The notes below the pieces were generated by a model, which saw only the letters and a list, made by a program, of their open reading frames with translations, was not told the DNA's origin and made no database searches. 64,000 nucleotides of DNA from Azolla caroliniana (Eukaryota > Plantae > Polypodiophyta), in the NCBI GenBank assembly GCA_043228905.1, contig JBHGNT010000014.1, positions 10,788,001 to 10,852,000 on the forward strand, written 5' to 3'. This document shows, piece by piece, positions 23,201-33,116 of this stretch. Both the position numbers and the translations under genes were made by a program. The number at the start of each line of letters is the position of its first letter. The first letter of the stretch is position 1.

Positions 23201-24261
23201 AGAGGAAGCTGAAACCGGAACCGGCCAAGACCCCGAATCGGATTCGGATGAAGAGCAAATGGAGGAGCCGGTTACCGAAGCCCGAAGACGGAGATATCCT
23301 CTCAGAGAGAGAAGGCCCCCTGGAGATTTCCGGATGCAGAGCATGTGCTGCTAACCAATGAGGGGGAGCCAAAAAGCTTCGAAGAAGCGAAGGATGACAC
23401 CCACAGCCGCAAATGGTTAAGTGCCATGTAGGATGAGATGGATTCCCTGCACGAGAACCATATGTACGAATTGGTGGAGTTGCCGAAAGGAAAGCGGGCA
23501 TTCCGAAACAAGTGGGTGTATAAGTTGAAACCGGGAGATGCCGGCAACCCCGCGAGATACAAAGCCAGGATTGTGGTGAAGGAGTTCGCGCTGACGAAGA
23601 TCCACACGACCGAGAACAGGTCAGATATGCTGACCAAAGTACTGATACCCGACAAGCTTAGTAAGACATCCCATGTCGGGGTGAAGGGGGAGTTTGTTAG
23701 GAAACAGGTCCCTCCGGATGGGAAGTGAGAAGACCCGGTGAGAACCGCATGACATGTGCCCAGCAAGCGCCGGATGATGCAGTCCCGGTGAGGAGTGCTC
23801 ACCGAATGAAGGGACATATTCGTAGATATGTTTCTAAGAGTCCATCGGGGCTATATTTGTAAATAGGCAAAAAGTCATATTAGTATAAATATGACTTAGG
23901 GCAAACTTAGTAATAAATAGTTGTCATTCTTGTAGGCGCAAGATTAGAGCGCAACAGTGTACAGAGAGAAAGAGAGAGAGAGAAAGAGACGAAGAGTTTG
24001 TATCTTTGTTGTAACCGCCGCTTGTGGCGAAGATATTGAACAAGAGGTCATTGCCTCTGTGTTCATCTATTGTATATTGTCATAGAGTGATAGTTAGCAG
24101 GTAGTGGACTGTCGTGGTTTTTCGCATGTTTGGGTTTTCCACGTAAACATCCTGTGTACTCTTCTCTCCATTGTGTCGTGTATTCATTCCGGTTTTCTGT
24201 GTTTGATTCTAAGCTTGGTTGTGGCCGAGCGTTGTTCATCGGGAGCGTGTAGTCCCTGACA
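20239..24261 (+). mobile_element. Copia-A copy 2: both LTRs present, internally deleted (most of RT and RNase H missing)
   Basis: 5' LTR 20239-20879 and 3' LTR 23695-24261. TSD TGAAT/TGAAT. PBS TGGTATCAGAGC at 20883, PPT before 23695. Gag, protease and integrase remnants; jump from RT start to RNase H end at ~23581. Confidence 0.95.
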
Positions 24262-24891
24262 TGAATCCCACGGGTATAGTGTATTAATCAACACTTAGAT
24301 AAGAACATGAATTTAGATAAAAAGAAAGAAATAAAAAACTTGTGAATCCCACAAGTATAGTTTATTAATCCCCCCTTCTAAAAATATTCAACCCCATATA
24401 CATCTTTCTCTCTTCCTTATATAGGGATGGAAGAGTCTAAGTTTATCACATGCAAGCATCATGCCTTTTCTAACTTTAGTTTTCATGCACACTACATGTG
24501 CATGATTAGCTTTCTATCACATCTTTTCATTTAACTCGAGTGTGTATGCATGAATAACTTTTTCTATCATGCTTATCTAGAATATTTACATGGGATAAAG
24601 TTTTCTATCATGCTTATCTAGAATATTTGTTGGTGGGAAGAGTGCTTCCCATATGAGTTTTCATGATAGTCAACTTGTTTGGAGCGAGTTTTCTTCTTCT
24701 TCTTCTATGTGATACGAATAGTGCAGGTTGCTGCTACAACAGTTCTTCGTGAACGTTGGCATAGGCATAACACATGCGGATGGGCTCGGATCAAGTTACC
24801 AATCACTTTGATATCATGACAAAGAATCGGGTGTGATTCTGTGTAGCGGAAGTGATCTATGTGTCTGATTTGGAGAGAGAGAGAGATCCCA

Positions 24892-25084
24892 GATGGATGT
24901 AGCTCAGATGGTAAGGTTGCTCAATCGAGACTAGGTGGTCATGGGTTCAACCCCTATATTCTATACTGGCATCTAGTGAAATAAGTGATATCTATGAAGT
25001 AACAGAGAGGTGAGAAAATTGGGTTTGCAACCCAAAATGTAGTGCTAGTAGTATAAACAACTTACACGAGGGTAAGTTAATTAC
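24892..25084 (+). mobile_element. tRNA-derived SINE-like element, copy 2
   Basis: GATGGATGTAGCTCAGATGGTAAGG...GGGTTCAACCCC, colinear with 10639-10827 over ~190 bp and flanked by (GA)n. Confidence 0.75.
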
Positions 25085-25479
25085 GAGAGAGAAACTCTAT
25101 TAACAATAGAATAAAAAACATCCAATAGTAACAAAGAAGAGGACAAGGTGGTTATATAGTCACATTCTCTTACCATAACCACCTCTTGGGAAACAGGTGG
25201 AGACTTAACTACCTACTACTCGTAAATATAGTCTTAGAAAATAGATAGAACATAAAGAGGAGAGAGAATGTAGGGTGCCCATCCACCTGACAATCCCTGA
25301 GCTAAGGGATCAAGACGGACTCGAGCCTCGATCGGTGTACCATACCATCGTCATGGTGTCGAGTCTTACTTGGTATTGGTGTGCTTGTTACAAGAGGTTG
25401 ATCACCATGATTTCAAAGTCTTGAAGTAGTCAAGAGATGTGTCAAATGAGGGTAGCTAGGCCGCCAGGCAAGTTCACAC

Positions 25480-26828
25480 TTGACCTTAATGGGTTGTTTC
25501 AATCCCAAGGATTAGAAGTAATCCTTCTCTTCTTTACACTCTCGTTTCAATCCTTAATGGGTTGTTTCGATCGCGTCTGATTCATTCCCGCTCTTGTCCG
25601 AATTGGTTATCTCCAATTTTTCCTCGATCTTCAGGCCTTTCACCACATTAGAACACGTCCGGGTCTTGGCCTTCATCTTCCAATTAGCTCTCGCCTTCTT
25701 GACTCTGACACCGTTTGTTCCAACTTCATTGGATGTGCCGACTTCTACAATTGACTCAACTTCTTTTTCCTCGTCTCCCCCTGTTTCGGTTTCTTTCTCC
25801 TCCTCTCTGACTGTGCCTTTACCTGTTCTCCTAGTTCCTATTTGAGTTCTCCCCTTCCAGTGTGGCACATCGAAATGTTGTAGCCCAAGCATGTCCGAAA
25901 ATGTTGCAACTTGTCTGATTTAAGTGGTTTGGTGAAGATGTCGGCAAATTACCGATCTGTTCGAACATATCGGAGTTTGACTTCACCGCTCACGACCCGC
26001 TCGCTCACAAAGTGATAATGCAGTTCTGCATGGAACACATGGTTCTTGGCCAACTGCATGCTACTAATGTTGTCCTAGTAGATCAAAATTGGAGTCGGTA
26101 CTTTGATCCGGAGGTCCTGCAGCAGCCACCGAACTTCTGATTATATCGTGTAGGTACAATAGTCCCCGATCCTTAGTGCCGCTCACATATCGCCATAGTT
26201 GATGCGTGCACATTGAAGGTGCTCGACGGTCGGTCGCTGCATAAATTGACTTATCACCTTGACCGGATAGATGATGTCGGGTCGGCTGATAGTAAGATAT
26301 ATTAGGCTTCCGACAATTTGTCGAAACCGTTTCACATTGCAAGCTGGTCTGGAGTCGGGACGTAGCTTCTGATTCTAGTCAAGGGGTGTTCATACTAGTC
26401 AACAATCCGTCATGCCAAACTTGAACAACATATTCAACACATAGTGTCTCTATGACAACAATATCTCATTCGGGGTGTGGATCACTTCGATCCCTAGGAA
26501 GTAGTGAAGGTCCCCCAGGTCCTTCATCTAAAATGATGCCGCAAGTGGAGACTTCATGCAGCCGATTTCCTTTGGGTCGGAGCCGGTGATGACTAAATCA
26601 TCAACATAAAGTAAAAGACTTACTAGCCCAGTCCGACCTTGCCGAATGAAGGATGAGGAGTTCGACTTGGATGTAGAAAACCCCATTCGACGCAGGCGTT
26701 GTGTGATCTTTGCATTCTAGCCATGCGGGGCTTGCTTTAATCCATAAAGGGACTTATTAAGTCAGCATATTGGAAAAGTATTCAATTCGGACTGACATCT
26801 AGGTGGCTACACCATGTATACTTGTTCC
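25480..26828 (-). mobile_element. Degraded copia RT/RNase H fragment related to copia-D
   Basis: Minus strand LLYVDDLVITG, KDLGDLHYFLGIEV, ADIFTKPL and LGLQHFDVP match the 13212-14560 family. Confidence 0.75.
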
Positions 26829-27505
26829 TGAAAGGAATACGGTTTCCTAAGCTATGCTCGGCCACAACCGAGATGTCAGATCACGCACAGAAAACAGGGA
26901 TGTGGTGAGATGTATCTACAAATGAAACATTAAAGAAGAGAGTGCACTAGATGTTAATGTGGAAAACCCAAATCTGGGAAAAAACCACGGCAGCCCTCAA
27001 ATTGCAAAATATCACTAAATCAAGATTACAACAATGGGGCATAGAGGCAACGACCTCTTGCTCCCTTGCTTCGCCACCAGGCGGTTACAATAGAGGCAAC
27101 AACCTCTTCCTCTCTCTCTCTCTCTCTCTTCTCTGTACACAGTTACGCTTTGAATTATCGCCACAACGATAATAACACAACCAACTCTACATCATACACT
27201 ATTAAGTTTGCCGTAGGTCATATTTATACTAATATGACTTTCGGGCTATTTACAAATATAGCCCCAGTGGGCTCTCTGGAATATATTTACATATATGTCC
27301 CTTCCATCCGATGAGAGGTTCTCACCGGACTTGCAACATCCGATTCTCACCGGGTCTTCCGTTGATGGGTACTCGTCATCTGGTTCTCACCGGGTCTTCC
27401 GTTGCCGGGTACTCCACATCCGGTTCTCACCAGGTCTTTTGTTGCCGGGTACTCGTCATCCGGTTCTCACTGGGTCTTCCGTTGCCGGGTACTCCACATC
27501 CGGTT
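26829..27505 (-). mobile_element. Copia-A-type LTR in reverse orientation, truncated within its 40-bp repeats
   Basis: Reverse complement of copia-A LTR motifs (GGCTATATTTGTAAATAG, AGTATAAATATGAC, GGTTTTCCAC, CGGTTGTGGCCG). Confidence 0.85.
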
Positions 27506-29727
27506 CCGCAAGTGGTTGAGTGCCATGCAGGACGAGATGGATTCCTTGCATGAGAAACACACGTATAAATTGGTGGAGTTGCCGAAAGGAAAGAGGGCAT
27601 TCCAAAACAAGTGGGTGTACAAGTTGAAACCGGGAGATGCTGGCAACCCTCCAAGGTACAAAGCCAGGATCGTGGTGAAGGGGTTCAAGCAGAAGAAGAG
27701 TGTGGACTTCGACGAGATATTTTCCCCGGTAGTAAAGATGACTTCCATCCGGACGGTGCGGAGTATAGCAACAAGCATGGACCTCGAGGTAGAGCAGCTG
27801 GACGTGAAGACGACATTCCTTCACGATGACCTCGAAGAGGAGATCTACATGCAGCAACCGGAAGGATTCGTGTAGAAAGGGAAGGAGCACTTGGTTTTCC
27901 GGTTGAAGAAGAGCTTGTACGGACTAAAGCAGGCTCCCCGACAATGGTACCGGAAGTTCGACTCCTTCATGACCTACCAAGGGTATCACAAAACACAAAC
28001 CGATCATTGCGTGTTTGTGAAGAAGTTCGAAGGAGGCGACTTCCTGATACTCCTTATGTACGTGGAAAACATGTTGATTGTCGGATAAGACCAAGCCAAA
28101 ATACGGATGCTGAAGAAGGCTCTCAACTGAACTTTCTCAATGAAGGACTTGGGTCCGGGAAGACAGATACTGGGGATGCACATCATTCGGGACTGGTCAA
28201 AGAAGCAATTGTGGTTGTCACAGGAGAAATACGTGACAAAGGTGCTTCAGCGGTTCAACATGTTAGAAGCAAAACCGGTTGGATCGACACTCCCGGAAAA
28301 CTACAGACTATCCGGTAAGCAAAGCCCGAAGACGAAAGCAAAGAAGGCAGATATGGTGAAGGTTCCATATGCCTCTGCCATCGGGAGCTTAATGTACGCA
28401 ATGGTGTGTACTCGACCAGATATTGGATACGCAGTCGGAGTGGTGAGCCGGTTTATGGGCAATCCCGGCAAGGAGCACTGGAACGCGGTCAAATGGATAC
28501 TCCGGTACTTGAAGGGCACTTCGAATATGTGTCTCCGACTCGGCTCCGGTAAACCTCAACTTGACGATTTTACCGATTCGGACATGTCGGCCGATGTGGA
28601 TACCAGTCGGTCTACATCCAGGTATGTAATGACATATGCAGGGGGAGTTGTTTCGTGGCAGTCGACGCAGCAGAAGACGGTTGCGTTGTCAACCACGGAG
28701 GCGGAGTACATGGCGGTTGTGGAAGCCGGCAAGGAAGTATTATGGATGAAGGACTTCATCGGAGAGCTCGGTATTCTGCAAGATGAATACTAGCTCTATT
28801 GCGACAGTCAAAGTGCCATCCACCTTGCTAAGAACGCAGCGTACCATTCCAGGACGAAACACATCCAGCGTAGGTATCACTAGATCTGGGTGCGAGTAGA
28901 AGATCGAGAGTTCGCGCTGATGAAGATCCACACGGCCGATAACGGGTCAGATATGCTGACCAACGTGCTGATACTCGACAAGCTGGATGCATGTCGGAAG
29001 CGGATCGGACTAGTAAGACATCCCATGCCGGAGTGAAGGGGGAGTTTGTTAGGAAACAGGTCCCTCCGGATGGGAAGTGAGAAGAACAGTGTTGATGAGA
29101 AACTCGGCCGAGGCTGAATCCGGATGTGGAGTACCTGGCAACGGAAGACCCGGTGAGAATCGGATGTGGAGTACCCGGCCACGAAAGACTCGGTGAGAAC
29201 CGGATGTGGAGTACCTGGCAACGGAAGACCGGGTGAGAACTGGATGTTGTAGGCCCGGTGAGAACCTCTCACCGGATGGAAGGGACATATATGTAAATAT
29301 GTTCCAGAGAGCCCACTGAGGCTATATTTGTAAATAGCCCGAAAGTCATATTAGTATAAATATGACCTAGGGCAAACTTAATAGTGATGATGATAGAGTT
29401 ATTGGTGGAACCTCTGTACAGTGCGTAAGAGAGAGAGAGAGAGCGATATACAGAGATTGTGTCTCTATTGTAACCGCCGCTAGGCGAAGATTGTGAGGAA
29501 GAGGTTGTTGCCTCTGTGCTCCCTGTTGTATTACTTTACAGAGTGATAGTTTGGAGTCTGTGGACTCCCGTGGTTTTTCCCTCTCAGGTTTTTCCACGTT
29601 AATATCCCGTGTATTCTCTTTTGGTTTTGTCGACTTACCTCCATTCCCATTTCGTCTGTGTCTTGATTGTCATCAAGTGATCTACAGTTCGGTTGTGGCG
29701 GGAGATTATTCCGCATATTCCATGTCA
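27506..29727 (+). mobile_element. Copia-A copy 3: RT, RNase H, PPT and 3' LTR (29047-29727)
   Basis: [60 protein letters not shown] followed by TGTTAGGAAAC. Confidence 0.9.
29115..29270 (+). repeat. ~40-bp tandem repeat in the copia-A LTR (also ~27310-27505 and ~20280-20420)
   Basis: Unit approximately GAGAACCGGATGTGGAGTACCCGGCAACGGAAGACCCGGT, in several imperfect copies. Confidence 0.8.
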
Positions 29728-30750
29728 CTTTTTTCATGACCGAGGTTGTGGTGGTCTCCACAGGTGTTGTCTGTTCTTCCCTGGTTCGTTGTAACCGTCT
29801 GTTGTTGTGAGGCTTCTGGCGATACTCCCGACGGTTATCCTTGCGTCATTCATCCTCTGAGCTTTCCTCGTTATTGCACTGGTTTCGTGATTGGCGATTC
29901 CCTCCGAATGTCTGCAGCCCCACCTATCCGCCGCGATTGTTGGTGGGATGCTGGTTATTATAGTGGCACCCTCCCTGCGGATTATAGCGATCGTTGCTCC
30001 GATACTCCTCTTCTTCTTGGCCCTCTTCGTCGTAATAAGGGTCGTTGTGGCAGGACGGCCTCTGAGGCTCCATACGCCGAACTGTCGGTATGGGCCTGTT
30101 CAACATGTTATATTCACACTGGTCCATCGTATGCACTCGCGAATGACAGATGGGGCAGTGTATCCACATATTACACTCTACCATCAAGTGCCCTGAGTTC
30201 AAGAAAATCCTGCATTGAATGGCTTGGTGAAAATGGTAGTCCTCGTCCCTAGGTAGTGTGTGTCCTAGCGATCCCATAAACAATACATTGTCCTCCTCTT
30301 CTAGCTCAAGCTGCAAGGCCCATTCTATATCTGTATCCATCGTTTGGCCCGTGAGATTTTGTGTGTTTAATGTTGTTTAGAGGGGTCGACGTAATGCTGC
30401 CAGAAATGTTTCTTTGGCCTCATCCTCCGTCGGAGTGTGTGTCAGTTGTCGACGTAAACTCTGGAACCGCAAGCTAAAGTCAGGCACGGACTCTTGCGGC
30501 AGCTGTTTCATCATATAATACAGACCGATGATCTCTTGTTGGGGAATAATTCGATGAAAGAATCGTCAGAACGAGGATTGGAGGTGGTCGAAGGCTACGA
30601 ACGTCGTGATGTTGAGCTGGGAATGCCAATGGGTAGCTCGCCCATCTAGGGTTAGTCCAAACTCAACGATTTTTCATGTGTGGGCTTCCACACATTGAGG
30701 AATGATCAAACGGATCCCTCGACGTTAGTATCTCCGCTGAAACGGGAGTC
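29728..30750 (-). pseudogene. Old gypsy gag remnant homologous to the gag of the 32646-42443 element
   Basis: FHQAIQC...GHLMVEC...CPICHSRVHTMDQCEYNMLNR aligns by eye with FRQAIQC...GHSAVEC...CVICQSKSHTTDRCEYNLLNR at 40646-41287. Confidence 0.8.
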
Positions 30751-31897
30751 CATCTCATCTTGCATCTCACTCTGCCATTTCTCTTTGTGCTCATTGTCTA
30801 TGGTTTCTTCATAACACTCCGGCTCGCCTTCATTAGTCAAGAGGATGTATTGATTGACATATATCATCGGTGCTCTCCTTTCTCTGAGTGGGTATCTCCT
30901 TCCACTCGTTGTTGGCTCCAGGTCAAATGTGTCTGCCGACTCTACTCTTGGCTCGGGTTCATATAAGTCAATCGGTCATTAGGAGTTAGCTAATTCCGAC
31001 TCGTAGTCCTCGATCGACTTCAATAGGTATGTCGTCTCCAACTCATCTATATTTGTCGGTTGATCCGAGTCAACTGACTCGGATTCAACTCTCCCGACTA
31101 GCTGTCTACGAACAACTAACTGTGTCAATGTTGGGAAATCGGTCCCTCCGGATGCGATCTGGTTATGAATGAAGAGGACCCGGTGTGAACCGGAAGAAAT
31201 CTAGAAACCGAATCGGATGGACCCGGTGAGAACCAAAAGAGAAGACATATTTGTAAATATGTTTTGAGTAAACCTATTGATCCTATATCTGTAAATAACC
31301 CGAAGTTCATACAAGTATAAATATGACTTAGGCAAGCACTTTATATGGATGATGTTATATTGTTGTTGATATAATTGTTGCATAGAGAGAGAAAGAAAGA
31401 AAGAAAGATATATTAACGTCTTCTAAGGCCAAATTTGGCCCATGAGACAAATAGGTTACAACAAAAATGAGTGTTTATCCAATCATCAAAACTAAAAATA
31501 AAAGAAAATAGCTTAAGCTAAGAAAGTTCTAGTAGTGTACAAAACTTTGCACTAAGTCTAATCTCATTTCCACCCAAGTCTCTCAAAAAGAAGTGGGAGG
31601 TCAAAAGTTTTTGGTGTGGGTGTGACCCATGGTCCCGATGCATAGAGTGCCCTAGCCATGGCTTCTAGGCGGTGTAGTTCACGTTCCCTTATTTTCTTTA
31701 TTGCTTCTACATCTCGTCGAGTTGCTTTGAAACCCGGCATCCGAGGGCGTTTGGTTCTTCTTTGATTTTCTGCTTCATCAAGGAGAAGTCCGAGTGGTGC
31801 AGGTGTGTCGACATTCATTGTCTCCCCCTGTTCCTAAAAAACTTCATGTGTTATATGTTGGTAAACATTAGCAACATTATTATCAACGTTTTGTAAT

Positions 31898-32645
31898 TTA
31901 TTCTCTGTGTTGTTTCAATTCTAAGATGTATCTACCTAATTTCTTCATATCTATTGTATCTAATAGTTTAGGGAGGGTGGGAGAGGAACCAAGTATGTCT
32001 TGGTATTTTGCCCTTATCTCGGCATAGGTGGGGCATTTGCATGTAAAATGGTACTCATCCTCTATCTCTATATGGCATAACCTACATATCCTTTCCTCCC
32101 TAGGGACTCCATTAGTACGTCCATTCTCAATCTCAAGTTGGTGAGATGATATTCTAAGTTGACCAATGGCAACCCTTAGTGCATGTGGTAAGAATACATC
32201 TAGATATTTTGGGCGCGTGATAAAACCTAACTCAGAGAAGTGCATAAAGTGTTCCTTATAGTACGACATTTTAGATGGGAGTGGCTCTAGTGGGGTGATC
32301 CATTTATACCGAGTATAAATTTGCCATATTTCTTGGCGTATTACTTTATTACGGTCCTCATGAGAGATTAAAGTGTTAACAGTCGTGTGGTCGTACTTAA
32401 GGGGGAGGAGGTTAGTAATGTCTAGACCGTTGGCAAGAAGCCAACTCACCATCATGCCATACCATGAGCTAGTATAGCTGGACTCATACAATGCTCGAGA
32501 AGCCTTAAAGGCTTGGTGGGATATTCTATCAAGTGGTTGGTTATGTATCCTGTGTATAAAGACTACCAGTTGAAAAAGTGCTTCTACTAACATAGGGGGT
32601 AGAGTGAACTCAGCCCTAATAATGTCATGTGGGACCGACGATTTG
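31898..32645 (-). pseudogene. RTEX ORF2 C-terminal part
   Basis: LRISSHQLEIENGR...RICRLC...EDEYHFTCKC, homologous to the C-terminus of 5386-8013. Confidence 0.85.
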
Positions 32646-33064
32646 TGTTGTTCTCTGACCGGACAAGGCCTAACACAAGGTGTCACGGAGACACTTCACC
32701 AAAGGGTGATTACGGCATAGGATTATGACTCAACGATTACATCGACTTAAGTAGGTTACACGATTAGAGCGCTTTTGTTAATTACACGCGTAAGATATAA
32801 CAGTAATTACAGAACGGAAATCAACACAGAAGTATAAACACCATACGCTCTATTAATTATCCGCTGCGATTACAATGGGGTCCGGGCCTTTAAATAGGTT
32901 TCCGGCCCGTAGTACAAAACGGTGCCTATCACACCTATTCGGGATCCGTCCGGACCTGGAACGGCATACCGTTTCCAGTCCGTCCGTCCACACTATGCTT
33001 ATTTACAACCATACTTAATTAATTCCTTCACTCCGTATTTTGGACTCCTTGCCGGCCGGTAACA
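32646..33064 (-). repeat. 3' LTR of the gypsy element
   Basis: Direct repeat of 42025-42443. Confidence 0.97.
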
Positions 33065-33104
33065 CATGGCACGCCCGTGGGACAGTACCTTGTACGTCGA
33101 ACCC
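33065..33104 (+). promoter_or_regulatory. Second PBS-like / tRNA-3'-end-like motif at the position where a PPT is expected
   Basis: Plus strand reads CA-TGGCACGCCCGTGGGAC-(13 nt)-TCGAACCC directly inside the 3' LTR. It resembles the complement of a tRNA-Arg(UCU)-type 3' end. Confidence 0.6.
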
Positions 33105-33116
33105 TTCTCGGCCCCT

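Larger units (their letters stand above)
15480..24772 (-). mobile_element. Gypsy-B element, degraded: 5' LTR 20103-24772 (split by copia-A copy 2), Trp-like PBS, gag-PR-RT-RH-INT
   Basis: LTR termini TGTCGTGCC...GGCATAACA. Gag 19255-20085, protease ALINHGS, RT DLYSGYDQF/LPQG/FLDDI, RNase H NAVADMLSR, integrase zinc finger FHES...GHRG...YWW. The RT-RH-INT order is gypsy-type. Confidence 0.85.

Noticed and set aside
12819-24772. One intact gypsy-B element bounded by the LTRs at 12819 and 24772
   Set aside because: The flanking 5-mers differ (CGCGT versus CATGC) and the right flank does not continue the copia-C sequence on the left. The left LTR is also truncated, so the pairing is unproven.
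24892-24970. Functional tRNA gene
   Set aside because: A and B boxes are present but I could not fold a convincing cloverleaf. Similarity to 10639-10827 extends ~110 bp beyond the tRNA-like part, which fits a SINE.
31564-31818. Independent 84-aa gene in the RTEX 3' region
   Set aside because: It has no recognisable motif. It may be a decayed C-terminal extension of ORF2 or a chance ORF.
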